Shown: piece after piece, positions 1 to 9,792 of the stretch
Numbering within the stretch: the stretch's first letter is position 1
Layout of the letters: each line of letters begins with the position of its first letter
Assembly: GCA_042216675.1 (NCBI GenBank)
Contig: JBDGTS010000017.1
Location: 1-44,108 of the forward strand
Source of the DNA: Halobacteriaceae archaeon
GTDB taxonomy: Archaea; Halobacteriota; Halobacteria; Halobacteriales; Halobacteriaceae
Length of the DNA: 44,108 bases
Direction of reading: 5' to 3'
The notes under the pieces: generated by a model
Database searches by the model: none
What the model was told of the DNA's origin: nothing
Seen by the model: only the letters and a program-made list of their open reading frames with translations
Translations under genes and position numbers: made by a program

Positions 1-1016
1 TTCCAGTCCCCGACCACGCAGACGTTGTCCGTGCCCGCGAGCAGGAGCGCGAGTTTGAACTGGATCTCGCTGGAGTCCTGAAACTCGTCGATCATCACGT
101 ACTCGAACGCGACGTCGTCGCGCAGGTCGTGGTTCTCGCAGAGCAGGACGAACGCGAACAGCTGGAGCATCCCGAAGTTCAGGTAGTTCCGCCGGAGCGC
201 GAACCGGAGATACTCGTGGTAGACGTCGCGGACGAACTGCTTCAACGCTGTTCGGTCCTCCTCGAAGACGCGCCGTGCGAGGTCGTCCGGCACCTGTTTT
301 CCGCTCCCGCGAATCGCGGATTTTTCGGGCGCAGTCGGGAGATAACACTTGTTCCGGCCGTATCGACCGAGCTTCGATCGAAGCACCGACTGTTTACTCC
401 CGCCGTTCCGTGGCTCGTTCAGGTCGTCGAACTGCTGTTTGAACGCCGCGAAGTCACCATCGAGGTGGCGTCCCCCGTCCCGGTACCACCCGTCGGCGTC
501 GGGAAACACGCCCTTGGCGGCCAGTTGATTGAGCACGCCGAGCAGTTCGCCCGGGTCGTCGAGCGCGCGGAAGACGTCGTCGTACTCGGGATGGTCGTCA
601 CTGAATCGGTCGATGAACGCGCCGAACAGCGCGTCCTCGACGAGTTCGTCCTCGATGATGCGCGTGGACCCGGTGATCCGGTCGTCGATGCCGAGGTAGG
701 TCGGGGCCGCGTGCCCGTGTGCTTCGAGGACGTCGTGGCACAGCGAGTGGAACGTCTGAATCGGGGCGTCCGCGAGTTCGCGCATGCCGTAGTGACAGTG
801 CCCGACGATGCGCTCTTTCATCTCGGACGCGGCGTTGTTCGTGAACGTCACCAGTAGGACGTCCGCTGGGTCGACGCCGTCCTGTGAGACGATGTTGGCG
901 TAGCGTCGCGTCGCAGTGAACGTCTTGCCCGTGCCAGCGCCAGCGTCGACGAGATAGAGGCCGTCCGTGCTGTCGATGAGTTCCTGTTGTTGGTCGTTCG
1001 GGTCGAGGTCGGTCAT
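1..1016 (-). CDS. UvrD/REP-family ATP-dependent DNA helicase (AddA/AdnB-like), N-terminal part; runs off window start
   Basis: Not in the ORF track (no stop in window). Hand translation from ATG at 1016: MTDLDPNDQQQELIDSTDGLYLVDAGAGTGKT (Walker A), LLVTFTNNAASEMKERI (motif Ia), IQTFHSLC, VMIDEFQDSS (Walker B), VCVVGDW (motif III). ATGA overlap with the upstream nuclease gene. Confidence 0.95.
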   Translation of the reverse strand, partial: MTDLDPNDQQQELIDSTDGLYLVDAGAGTGKTFTATRRYANIVSQDGVDPADVLLVTFTNNAASEMKERIVGHCHYGMRELADAPIQTFHSLCHDVLEAHGHAAPTYLGIDDRITGSTRIIEDELVEDALFGAFIDRFSDDHPEYDDVFRALDDPGELLGVLNQLAAKGVFPDADGWYRDGGRHLDGDFAAFKQQFDDLNEPRNGGSKQSVLRSKLGRYGRNKCYLPTAPEKSAIRGSGKQVPDDLARRVFEEDRTALKQFVRDVYHEYLRFALRRNYLNFGMLQLFAFVLLCENHDLRDDVAFEYVMIDEFQDSSEIQFKLALLLAGTDNVCVVGDW

Positions 1017-3598
1017 CGGTCACCCTCCAAGAGTAGGTCGCGGTTGTCCACGTAGCGGTAGTTCGGCTCGCCACCGAGTCCTTCGACCGGGAAGCGCTCT
1101 TCGCCGTCGAGTCGTCGATTCAACTCCGCGAGCCGGTCGTCGACGAACGCTTCGAACGCGTCGAGATCGTCCTCGAAGAAGGTCTGCCCGCGAACACTCG
1201 CCAACTGTCGCATCGCCTGCTTACAGCCCGTCTCGACGTACTTGTAATCGCCAACGCAGGCTTTCATCCGAGCAGTCAGTGCCTCGCCGAACGTCGAGTC
1301 GATGAGGTCGTCGCTGTCGGTCGTGTCCGGAAGGGGCGCCTCCTCGAAGACGGCGGCGTAGTCCTCGTAGTTCACCTGAGAGAGCGTCTTCTGGCACTTG
1401 TTCGAACCGTCCTCGACTAGCTCCTCGAAGAACGCCTCCGAGCGGGCGCGCTCCTCGAACGGCATCGGGTGATAGGAGACTGTGGCCAGCGTGTCAGCGA
1501 GGGTGGCCTCACCTGCGACGACGTCGTCGAGCGTCTCGAGGAAGTGGAAGAACGTGAACTCAAGTTCTTGGTCGGGATACTGCGAGCGCCAGTGCGTGAG
1601 GTACAGGAGCGCCTGGAAGTTCGGCGACTCGCTGGGTGGGTCGAGCGCCGAATTCGCGACGATCTGGGAGGCGCTCTTGCGCCCGCCACTCTTGTGATCG
1701 AGCAGCCGCGACGGCGAGTGAATCAAGTCGATTTTCCCCTTCAGTCCGAGGGGGTCGTTCTCGAACCACCGTTCAGTAACGGGGGAGTCGACTGGCCTGT
1801 CGAAGCGCTCTGCGAAGACGTTCTCTCCCCAGCCGCTCGTGGTGGTGAGGAACTCGCCATCAACCGGCGCATTCTCATCGAGGAACGCGGCGATGGTCTC
1901 TACGCCTGCGCGGTACTTCGTCCGCCGAGTCGTTTCGTCGACCGATCGGACGAACGGTCGTGTCTCTTCGAGCATCTGCTCCACGACGTCGTCGATGACC
2001 TCCTCGTCGACGAAGCCGGGGTGGTGGACGTAGAACTCCGCAAAGTCGTGAAAGAGATTCCCCTCCGTGAAGTAGTCCGTGTCGGGCCCGTCGACGAGCC
2101 TGCCGAAGAAGTAATCGCGCGGGGAATTGACGTAGGTGCTCAAACTGGACTGGCTGATCGTCGTTACCTCCGTCGTGGTGGTGTCACGCGATTCTTTCTC
2201 GAAGCCGTTTCCGGAGCGATCGAACCGTCGTGTGTGGGTCTCCGAACTCAGGTCGCTGAACCGCTCGAACGATTCGTCGAGCAGTTCTTCGAAGTAGAGA
2301 CACGGCGTCACCGGTGAGCCGCCTTTCGCGTCCTGAACGAGGTAGTACTGCGTCGCGCCGCTCTGAAGGAGCAACTGGAACTGCTGGATGTTGCGCGTGT
2401 ACTGGGCGTCCTGATCGACCCATGGACGTCGCGGCGCCGAGTGCGTCCAATCCTCGTCCAGCCCGAGGTAGAAGACGACCGGACGGTCGACGTAGGCGGC
2501 GGACTTCGCGTCCGCGAGCAGTACCCCCTCGTTCTCACGGTCGACCGGCACCTCGTAGCTCTGGAGGTAGAACACGAGTTGGTCCACGGCGGACTCGGTT
2601 GCCGGTGTCTCGGCGATGCCGAGCGTCTCCAGTTCGTCGCGGAACGCATCGAGTCGGCGGCCCGCCCTGTCCTCGAACCGACGGAGCGCCGCGGCGAAGG
2701 TCCGGTCCGCGATTCCCTCACAGAAGTCGATGAACCAGTCGAGTTCGCATGCGTCGAGTTCGTACAGGCGTTTCTCGTCGTGTTCGACGTCGAGGGGGAC
2801 GTCGAGTCGTGCGAGTAGCGGCCGAATTTCCCCGACCCGCGTATCGGTACCGCCGTGTGCGGCCCGAAGCAACTGGACGAACGAACGGTGATCGGGGTTG
2901 TCGATGAACCCGGGGCCGCCGTAGAACGGGAAGTCCTCGGCCTCGAAGGCAGACTCGACGAGCGCCGAGAACTCGCTTCCGCTGTCGAGGACGACAGCGA
3001 CGTCGTCGGCGTTCTCCTCGGTCACGGTATCGACGACGGTGTCCACAATCGCCGTCGCGGAGTCGAAGATGTGGAACGGTGGCTGGTCGAACGCCTGATT
3101 CCCGAACGTGTCGTACGTATCGTAGTCGTCGGGGAGGATGGATCGCTCCAGTCGCGTCAGTTGGTCGAAGCCGACGACGGCGACGGCCTGCCCGTCGTCG
3201 ATGCGGTAGTCGGTGAGACGGCCGGACGTCGTGTCGAGGTCGGCGATGGACTCGACGGCCTGACGCGTGGCTTCGTCTACGTAGGCGTCGTAGTCGAGGA
3301 TGGCGTCGAGACGGCCCTGATGCTCCCAGCACTGGAGGATGTTCCCGATGGCGTAGGCTCCCCGCTTCCAATCGAGGTCGGTTTGCTCGACGAGTTCGAG
3401 GAAGGCGATTCGGTCTTCCGCTTCCTCACGGCGACCAGCGGCGAGACGGCGGGGCGTGATGGCGAACGAGCCGAGATGTGGCCGGTCGATGCGGCGGTTC
3501 AACGCGCTGGCCAACGGCGCGTCGGGCACCACGACGAGGTCGTACCCAGCGACCTCCTCGTAGAGGTCGTCGATCGGTTTGGCCCGGGGAAATGACAC
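1013..3598 (-). CDS. PD-(D/E)XK (RecB-family) nuclease with a long degenerate N-terminal region, AddB/AdnA-like, 861 aa
   Basis: C-terminal motifs ISQSSLSTY, EGNLFH, ERWF, KGKIDLI, LLDHKSG, FQALLY. GTG start preceded by a TATA-like element. Confidence 0.9.
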   Translation of the reverse strand: MSFPRAKPIDDLYEEVAGYDLVVVPDAPLASALNRRIDRPHLGSFAITPRRLAAGRREEAEDRIAFLELVEQTDLDWKRGAYAIGNILQCWEHQGRLDAILDYDAYVDEATRQAVESIADLDTTSGRLTDYRIDDGQAVAVVGFDQLTRLERSILPDDYDTYDTFGNQAFDQPPFHIFDSATAIVDTVVDTVTEENADDVAVVLDSGSEFSALVESAFEAEDFPFYGGPGFIDNPDHRSFVQLLRAAHGGTDTRVGEIRPLLARLDVPLDVEHDEKRLYELDACELDWFIDFCEGIADRTFAAALRRFEDRAGRRLDAFRDELETLGIAETPATESAVDQLVFYLQSYEVPVDRENEGVLLADAKSAAYVDRPVVFYLGLDEDWTHSAPRRPWVDQDAQYTRNIQQFQLLLQSGATQYYLVQDAKGGSPVTPCLYFEELLDESFERFSDLSSETHTRRFDRSGNGFEKESRDTTTTEVTTISQSSLSTYVNSPRDYFFGRLVDGPDTDYFTEGNLFHDFAEFYVHHPGFVDEEVIDDVVEQMLEETRPFVRSVDETTRRTKYRAGVETIAAFLDENAPVDGEFLTTTSGWGENVFAERFDRPVDSPVTERWFENDPLGLKGKIDLIHSPSRLLDHKSGGRKSASQIVANSALDPPSESPNFQALLYLTHWRSQYPDQELEFTFFHFLETLDDVVAGEATLADTLATVSYHPMPFEERARSEAFFEELVEDGSNKCQKTLSQVNYEDYAAVFEEAPLPDTTDSDDLIDSTFGEALTARMKACVGDYKYVETGCKQAMRQLASVRGQTFFEDDLDAFEAFVDDRLAELNRRLDGEERFPVEGLGGEPNYRYVDNRDLLLEGDR

Positions 3599-3617
3599 GA
3601 CAAAGCAAGTCGTCTGT

Positions 3618-3632
3618 CAACTAATAAAGGTT
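3618..3632 (-). promoter_or_regulatory. Putative TATA box for the nuclease-helicase operon (leaderless spacing)
   Basis: Minus strand reads AACCTTTATTAGTTG about 20-34 nt before the GTG at 3598, AT-rich in a GC-rich background. Confidence 0.5.
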
Positions 3633-3669
3633 CACGGCTCACGGCGAATCCGGGAGACTGCCGACCACT

Positions 3670-4323
3670 CTACCCGGGTCCGAAGGCCGCGATGTCGGCC
3701 CCAACCGTCGCCAGCGCGTCGGCGGGGTTCGAGTCGCTGTCGGCCAGATGCGTGTACCGGTGGTTCGGGAGACCCGACAGCGCCGCCGCGATGGCCTCGC
3801 TGTACCGCTCGACGCCCGGTTCCGTCGGTTCCTCGCCACCCCAGACGTCCCGGATGACCGTCATCGAGTCGATGCGCACGTCCAGTCTGCGTGGCTCGTA
3901 CCGAGCCAGCAGTTCGGAGAGGCCGAGGTGGAGGGCGACGTACTCGGCGGTGTTGTTGCTCGTTCGGGAGCCCACGGGCCGGCCAAGTCGGGCGAGTTGG
4001 TTCTCGGCGTCGTCTGCGATGACGGCGCCCGCACCCGCGGGACCGGGGTTGCCGCGTGAACTCCCGTCGACGTAGAGGACGAACGCGTCACTCGTCGGTT
4101 CTGCGAGTGGTGGTCGAGCGAGGTCCGACGCACGGAGGCCTTCGAGCGCGGGGCGCAACTCGGCCGCAGTGGTCTGGGGGTCGAACAGACCGCCGTGGCC
4201 GGGGAGCGCGTCCTCGACGGCGTCGATGGCGGCGGTCACCTCGTAGCCGACTTCCGCGAGTACCTCGTCCACGAGCGTGGCGAGCGGCGAGAGGTGTTCG
4301 GCTGGGAGACGGTCGGCTGTCAC
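3670..4323 (-). CDS. rnhA: Ribonuclease HI family protein with N-terminal extension
   Basis: LYVDGSSRGNPGPAGAG, TSNNTAEYVAL, RIDS, NPADALA carry the D-E-D-D catalytic set. Start placed at GTG 4323 (VTADRLPAEHLSP) rather than 4515. Confidence 0.88.
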   Translation of the reverse strand: MTADRLPAEHLSPLATLVDEVLAEVGYEVTAAIDAVEDALPGHGGLFDPQTTAAELRPALEGLRASDLARPPLAEPTSDAFVLYVDGSSRGNPGPAGAGAVIADDAENQLARLGRPVGSRTSNNTAEYVALHLGLSELLARYEPRRLDVRIDSMTVIRDVWGGEEPTEPGVERYSEAIAAALSGLPNHRYTHLADSDSNPADALATVGADIAAFGPG

Positions 4324-4544
4324 ACGTGACCCTCGCCCGGATTTCGGATCCGCCCCCGCCCGCCAGCGTTCTTGCACGCACTCGTCGGCTGTCCGCACCA
4401 CTGCATACAGGTGGTCGGTCCTCGCGCGGGATAATCTCTTGGCAGTTCTGGTGGGGGTGACACGAAGACGGAGGGGAATCCGGAACGCGAGACGGTAAAC
4501 GGGGAGAGCGACCACGCTCGAACCCCGTCGGATACGCTCGCTCC

Positions 4545-5000
4545 GGTGACTACTTTGTGGGTCGGTCGCCCTGTCGGCCGACGGGTCGACGGCCGTGGTT
4601 GGGGCGTACGACGATGAGGTCCCGAGCGGGGAGCAGACCGGTCCGCGGACGTGTTCACACGAGAGAGCGGTGAGTGGACCCGGGACGCGGAGCTAGCGTC
4701 CGACGACGGCGACTGGTTCGGATACGAGACGGGGTTCTCAGCGGATGGGTCGGCGGCCGTTCTCGCCGCGCAAGGCGACGAGGTCCCCACCGGTTCCCGA
4801 GCGGGGTCGGCGTACTCATTCCTGCGTTCGGGAGTGACTGGGCACAACACGAGACGCTCGTCCCGAAGGGCGGCGATTCGAAGGACTGCTTCGGCGCGGC
4901 CCTAGACGTCTCTCGTGACGGGTCCACGGTTCTCGTCGGCGCCCAGTGGGGCGAGGATCCAAACGGCGGTCGGAGCGGTTCGGCCTACGCCTTCGGATGA
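4545..5000 (+). pseudogene. Frameshifted remnant of an FG-GAP (integrin-like beta-propeller) repeat protein
   Basis: Pieces in different frames: GSVALSADGSTAVVGAYDDE / VFTRESGEWTRDAELASDDGDWFG..FSADGSAAVLAA..RAGSAYSF / DWAQHETLVPKGGDSKDCFGAALDVSRDGSTVLVGA..RSGSAYAFG*. Shifts near 4557, 4640 and 4830. Confidence 0.75.
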
Positions 5001-5196
5001 GAGAAACGCGACGGCGGGAACCGGTTCGGAATCAGGCCTCGACTCGCCTGTCGCACTCCAGTGGTGTGGTCGTCCCGGCGACCCCCGAAACCAGCGACGG
5101 CGGTATCTGCCGATCTCTCGGCAGCGACTCCCTGCGCCCCGATCAGCAGTCGAAGACTTATACGCGGTGGTGTCCTATCCGTGAGCCAAGCCCAGC

Positions 5197-7791
5197 ATGA
5201 GCCCCCCTTCAGCCCCGATTCGGATTCTCCTCGTGGACGATGACCGCGATCTGGCGGAGTTGGCCGCGACGTTTCTCGAGCGGAAAGACGACGGTTTCAG
5301 CGTCGAAATCGAGGTGAACGCGAGCGCTGGCCTCGACGCACTCGCCGAGCGTGAATTCGACTGCGTCGTGTCCGATTACGACATGCCGGGGCGGAACGGG
5401 ATCGAATTTCTCGAAGCGGTTCGAGAGGAGGACGGTGAGTTGCCGTTCATCTTGTTCACCGGGAAGGGGTCCGAGGAAATCGCCAGCGATGCGATTTCGG
5501 CGGGCGTCACTGATTATCTGCAAAAGGAATCCGGGACAGAGCAGTACGCGGTGTTAGCGAACCGGATCAGGAACGTCGTCGAACGAGCGGAGGCGCGGGC
5601 GAAACAACAGCGCCAACTGGATGCGATCGAGACGGCGCGAGAGGGAATTAGTATTCTCGACGAGGACCGGGAGTTCATCTCCGTGAATCGGGCCTACGCC
5701 GATCTGTATGGCTACGAGCCAGAGGAGATGATCGGAGAGCGCTGGGAGAACTTGTATCGCGAGGAGGACGTCGCCGAGATTCGCGAGGAGGTGCTTCCAA
5801 CAGTCGAATCGGAGGGGTACTGGCGCGGGGAGACGGTCGGCGTTCGGGCGAACGGCGAGACGTTCACCGAGGACCACGTTCTCGCGCTGGCAGACACCGG
5901 AGAGTTGGTCTGTACGGTGCGGGACGCCACGACGCGAATCGAACGGGAGGAGGAACTCGAACAGGCGCAGGCCCGACTCGAAGCGCTGTTCGAGAACTCG
6001 CCGGATATGATCAGTACGCACGATGCCGACGGCATAATCCGCGACGTGAACCGACGGTTCTGTGACGAACTCGGATACGAGCCAGAGGAGATTGTTGGAC
6101 GTGGCATCTGGGACCTCGATCCGACTCTCGACCGGGCCGACCTGCGGCCGCGATTGGCCGACACCGAGACCGGTGAGCGGTTCCGTATCGAAACGGAGTT
6201 CCGTCGAACCGACGGCTCGACGATTCCGGTCGAAGCACACGTGGTCCGGCTGAGTGTCGCTGGCGACGACCCGTTCATGGTGATCACGCGGGACGTCAGT
6301 GAACGGAACGCCCGTGAGAACGAGCTCGAACGCCTCAAAGAGCGGTATCAGGCGTTCATCGAGCGCTCGTCGGATCTCGTCTCTGTCGTCGACGAAGCGG
6401 GCGAGATTCAGTATCTCAGTCCGGCTGTCGAGCGCATGTTCGGCTATACGCCGGCGGAACTGATCGGAGCGAATGCGTTCGAGTATTTCCATCCCGACGA
6501 TAGAGAGCGCGTCAGAGACGAGTTCGCCGAGATGATCGAATCGACGGACGCAGTCACCGAACACGTCGAGTATCGGTTCCGGCACGCCGATGGGTCGTGG
6601 AGGTGGGTCGAGACGGTGGGAAGTAACGAGACTGAGTCCGTCATCGATGGGTTCGTACTGACGACGCGTGATATTTCGCGTCGAAAAGAGCACGAGCGGC
6701 GTTTGGAAGCGCTCTACGACACCGCACACGAGTTGATCACTGCGGAGTCCCGTGAGGAGGTAACGGAGACCGGCGTCGAAGCGGCGCGTGACATCATCGG
6801 GCTAGAGGCGAACGCGATTCATCTCTCCGATGCACAGCGCGACGGATTACGCCCGGTCAGTGCGACTGAAGAAGTCTCGGAACTGATCGGCTCACCACCG
6901 GTTTTCACGGACGGAGACAGTATCGCCTGGCGGGCCTACGAACAGGATGAAGTCCTCGCGCTCGACGACATTCGCGACGACCCGGACGTGTTCAACCCCG
7001 AGACGCCGATTCGGAGCGAACTCCATCTGCCGCTCGCGGGACACGGGATTCTGATCGCCGGCGCGCCCTCGGTCGCCGCCTTCGACCGAGAGGACCTCGT
7101 TCTCGGGAAACTTCTCGCAAAGAGCATCGCCGTCGCGCTGGACCAACTCGAACACGAGTCCGAACTCGCGCGACAGAATCAGCGCCTCGAGCAGTTCGCG
7201 AGTTTCATCTCGCACGACTTACGGAATCCCCTCACCGTGGCGGAGGGGAACCTCGAACTCGCCCGTGAGGACTGTGAGAGTGCGCATCTCGACACGGTCG
7301 AACGCGCACACGGCCGTATGCGGACGCTGATAGACGACCTGCTCACGGTGGCGCGTGAGCAGCCGAATATAGACGAGCGGGAACCGATCGCTCTCGGTGA
7401 CGTGTGTCGCGACTGCTGGGAGAACAGCACGACGAAGAACGCGACGCTCGAAGTCGACGTCGAGCGGACGGTGAAGGGTGACCGAAGTCGCGTGCAGCAA
7501 CTGTTGGAGAATCTGTTCCGAAACGCGGTGGAACACGGCGGTGAGGACGTGACAGTGACCGTCGGTGAACTCCCCGATGGATTTTTCGTCGAAGACGACG
7601 GTGCCGGGATTCGAACCGAAACGCCGGCAGACCTCTTCGACGTGGGACACTCCACGTCACAGGACGGAACGGGGTTCGGTCTGGCGATCGCCGAGCAAGT
7701 CGTCGAGACACACGGCTGGGACGTTCACGCCACCACCGGATCCGATGGCGGCGCACGCTTCGAGATTACGGGAGTGGATGTCGAAAGCTAG
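5197..7791 (+). CDS. Hybrid sensor histidine kinase (REC-PAS-PAS-PAS-GAF-HisKA-HATPase)
   Basis: REC: ILLVDDD, VVSDYDMPGRNG, LFTGKG. Three PAS repeats (VNRAYADLYGY, VNRRFCDELGY, LSPAVERMFGY..FHPDD). H-box ISHDLRNPL, N-box LLENLFRNAVEHG, G-boxes EDDGAGI and GTGFGLAI. Confidence 0.95.
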   Translation: MSPPSAPIRILLVDDDRDLAELAATFLERKDDGFSVEIEVNASAGLDALAEREFDCVVSDYDMPGRNGIEFLEAVREEDGELPFILFTGKGSEEIASDAISAGVTDYLQKESGTEQYAVLANRIRNVVERAEARAKQQRQLDAIETAREGISILDEDREFISVNRAYADLYGYEPEEMIGERWENLYREEDVAEIREEVLPTVESEGYWRGETVGVRANGETFTEDHVLALADTGELVCTVRDATTRIEREEELEQAQARLEALFENSPDMISTHDADGIIRDVNRRFCDELGYEPEEIVGRGIWDLDPTLDRADLRPRLADTETGERFRIETEFRRTDGSTIPVEAHVVRLSVAGDDPFMVITRDVSERNARENELERLKERYQAFIERSSDLVSVVDEAGEIQYLSPAVERMFGYTPAELIGANAFEYFHPDDRERVRDEFAEMIESTDAVTEHVEYRFRHADGSWRWVETVGSNETESVIDGFVLTTRDISRRKEHERRLEALYDTAHELITAESREEVTETGVEAARDIIGLEANAIHLSDAQRDGLRPVSATEEVSELIGSPPVFTDGDSIAWRAYEQDEVLALDDIRDDPDVFNPETPIRSELHLPLAGHGILIAGAPSVAAFDREDLVLGKLLAKSIAVALDQLEHESELARQNQRLEQFASFISHDLRNPLTVAEGNLELAREDCESAHLDTVERAHGRMRTLIDDLLTVAREQPNIDEREPIALGDVCRDCWENSTTKNATLEVDVERTVKGDRSRVQQLLENLFRNAVEHGGEDVTVTVGELPDGFFVEDDGAGIRTETPADLFDVGHSTSQDGTGFGLAIAEQVVETHGWDVHATTGSDGGARFEITGVDVES

Positions 7792-7901
7792 TCCGGCGGA
7801 CATCCACGACCCCCATTCTTTGTGACTCGATGTTGGGTGAAAAGCGCGGCCAGTGCTGACGACCCGTCCCCGGCAGTGACGCCTCAGTCGCCGTCGCTCG
7901 T

Positions 7902-8657
7902 CTACTTCGGCGGGCGGAGCCGGTAGTAACGGCGGTTGAGGTCGTACATGTACCCTTCACGCATCGTCTTCAGTACCGCATAGGAGAGGCCACCCGCGAC
8001 GGCGGGGAGCAGGAAGGTCAGATCGAAGAGCAGGTGCGGGTTGATGGGGACCAGCGGCTTGGCCGACAGGACGGCGATGGTGATGGCGAACGTGAGGCCG
8101 CTGACACCCACGGACGTCCAGAACGGCTCCTCGACCGGTCGGCGTGCGTTCCCCTTGTTGAGAAACGGCACGACGGCGATGAGGACGACCACGCCGATGT
8201 TCGCGAGGACGCCGTACATCCTGTCGGAGAGTAGCTTCTGGCCGCCGAGAACCGCGAGTTCGGGATTGAGCGGCCCGAGTTTGAGGAGTCCAAACGACCA
8301 GTAGAGATACCAGTCCGGCAGGATGATAGACGGTGTGGTGTTCGGGTCCGCGGGGTTCGCGATGTGCGGCGGGAGCGTCGACGACAGGAAGAAGATCATC
8401 CCCACGAAGAACGCCGTCAGCGAGAGGTTCCGGATGACCTCGTGGGGCCACGTCGGAAACGCCAACACGTCGCGCTCGACGTAGTCCGATTCGCGCCGGA
8501 GGTCCTGGTCCTCCCGCCGAGCGCGCTCGAAGTACTCGTAGGTCAGGCGTGGAAGACCCACGTTCTGTTCCTTCCGTTCGCGCCACGTCGGCGTCTCGTC
8601 GTCCGGTGGCACGGGCTGTGCTGTCCCTGCGTCGGTGTCGGTGTCTGCGTCACTCAT
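7902..8657 (-). CDS. petD: Cytochrome bc complex cytochrome b subunit (subunit IV / PetD-like)
   Basis: FPTWPHEVIRN, PPHIANPADPNTTPSIILPDWYLYWSFGLLK (PEWY-type motif as PDWY), VPFLNKGNARRP, several TM segments. Start at ATG 8657 (MSDADTD). Confidence 0.85.
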   Translation of the reverse strand: MSDADTDTDAGTAQPVPPDDETPTWRERKEQNVGLPRLTYEYFERARREDQDLRRESDYVERDVLAFPTWPHEVIRNLSLTAFFVGMIFFLSSTLPPHIANPADPNTTPSIILPDWYLYWSFGLLKLGPLNPELAVLGGQKLLSDRMYGVLANIGVVVLIAVVPFLNKGNARRPVEEPFWTSVGVSGLTFAITIAVLSAKPLVPINPHLLFDLTFLLPAVAGGLSYAVLKTMREGYMYDLNRRYYRLRPPK

Positions 8658-8895
8658 GGTCGCGTCGCGGTTGGTGGGCGTCGCGGAGAGCGGTTGGAGG
8701 GCGATACTGGGGGAGACGCAGGCGCTCGGGCGCCTTCGTCGTGACTGAACTCGTGTCACGCCACACGTCTGTGTCCGCCACGCGCTCTTCGAAGAGTGCA
8801 GGAACTGTAAGCGCTCGCAGGAGACAGTTCCTGTTAGCTTCCAATCATTAATCGGAGTGAGAACACTCATACCCCGGGTGCGACGAGTACAACTT

Positions 8896-9768
8896 ATGTC
8901 CGCGGATCGGATCGCCCCCGCCGCCCTCGACGACGTCCTGAGCCTCATCGCCAACGAGACTCGGCTCGAAATCCTCCGTCAGATGTGGGACGCGTATCCT
9001 GACACGCTCTCGTTCTCGACGCTCCGCTCCCGCGTCGGGATGCGGGATTCAGGAACCTTCAACTACCACGTCGACCGCCTGACCCCGGAATTTCTCCGAA
9101 CGGTCGATGGGGAGTACACGCTCACGTACGCCGGCCGCACCGTCGTGGGGGCGGCCGTCTCGGGGCAGTTCACCGACGCCGACAGCGTCGAAGTCGGGCC
9201 GGTCCCAGCGGGGGACTGCCTGCACTGTGGCGGAACGGCGATGGCGCGCTACGAGGGGGGCCTCGGAATTGTCGACTGCCCGGCCTGCGACGAACTCCTC
9301 GCGCAGATGCCCGTCCCGCCGGTGACCATCGCCACGGTTGCACCCGAGGAACTGCCGGCGGTGTTCAGCAAGCACCTGTTGACCCGCGCGGCGAAACTCA
9401 GCCGCGGGTTCTGTACGCTGTGTCACGGCCGCGTCGAGGCGAGCATGACGGGCCGGTCCGAGGCTGACTCGGCGACGTACCGGTCGCTGTTGGACGTCCG
9501 CTTCACGTGCGAGGAGTGTGGCGTCCGCACGAGCCTCAACGTCGGCGCCGTGATGATGGACCATCCCGCCGTCGTCTCGGTCCTCTTCGATGCAGGTATC
9601 GACCTCCGCGAGACGTACGTCTGGAGCGTCCTGCCGCTCCTCGACCCGGAGGCCGAGGTGGTGGCGGAGGACCCGCTACGGCTCCGCCTTCGGATTCACG
9701 TCGAGGGCGACACGCTCGAACTCACCGTGGACGAGTCCGGAACGGTCCGGAACTATCGCCGTCCGTGA
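8896..9768 (+). CDS. ArsR-like winged-helix protein with two Cys4 zinc-ribbon pairs (haloarchaeal DUF7351-like regulator)
   Basis: [41 protein letters not shown]; CLHC..CPAC and CTLC..CEEC. Start at ATG 8896. Confidence 0.8.
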   Translation: MSADRIAPAALDDVLSLIANETRLEILRQMWDAYPDTLSFSTLRSRVGMRDSGTFNYHVDRLTPEFLRTVDGEYTLTYAGRTVVGAAVSGQFTDADSVEVGPVPAGDCLHCGGTAMARYEGGLGIVDCPACDELLAQMPVPPVTIATVAPEELPAVFSKHLLTRAAKLSRGFCTLCHGRVEASMTGRSEADSATYRSLLDVRFTCEECGVRTSLNVGAVMMDHPAVVSVLFDAGIDLRETYVWSVLPLLDPEAEVVAEDPLRLRLRIHVEGDTLELTVDESGTVRNYRRP

Positions 9769-9792
9769 GGGGGGCGAGGGCCGCACCTGCGC

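Noticed and set aside
129-3595. Long plus-strand ORFs opposite the helicase and nuclease (129..857, 1469..2317, 2855..3595)
   Set aside because: Antisense shadows typical of high-GC DNA; the motifs are on the minus strand.
1013-3598. Possible Cas4 or CRISPR association of the PD-(D/E)XK gene
   Set aside because: Far longer than Cas4, lacks Fe-S cysteines, coupled to UvrD, and no repeat-spacer array or cas genes are in the window.
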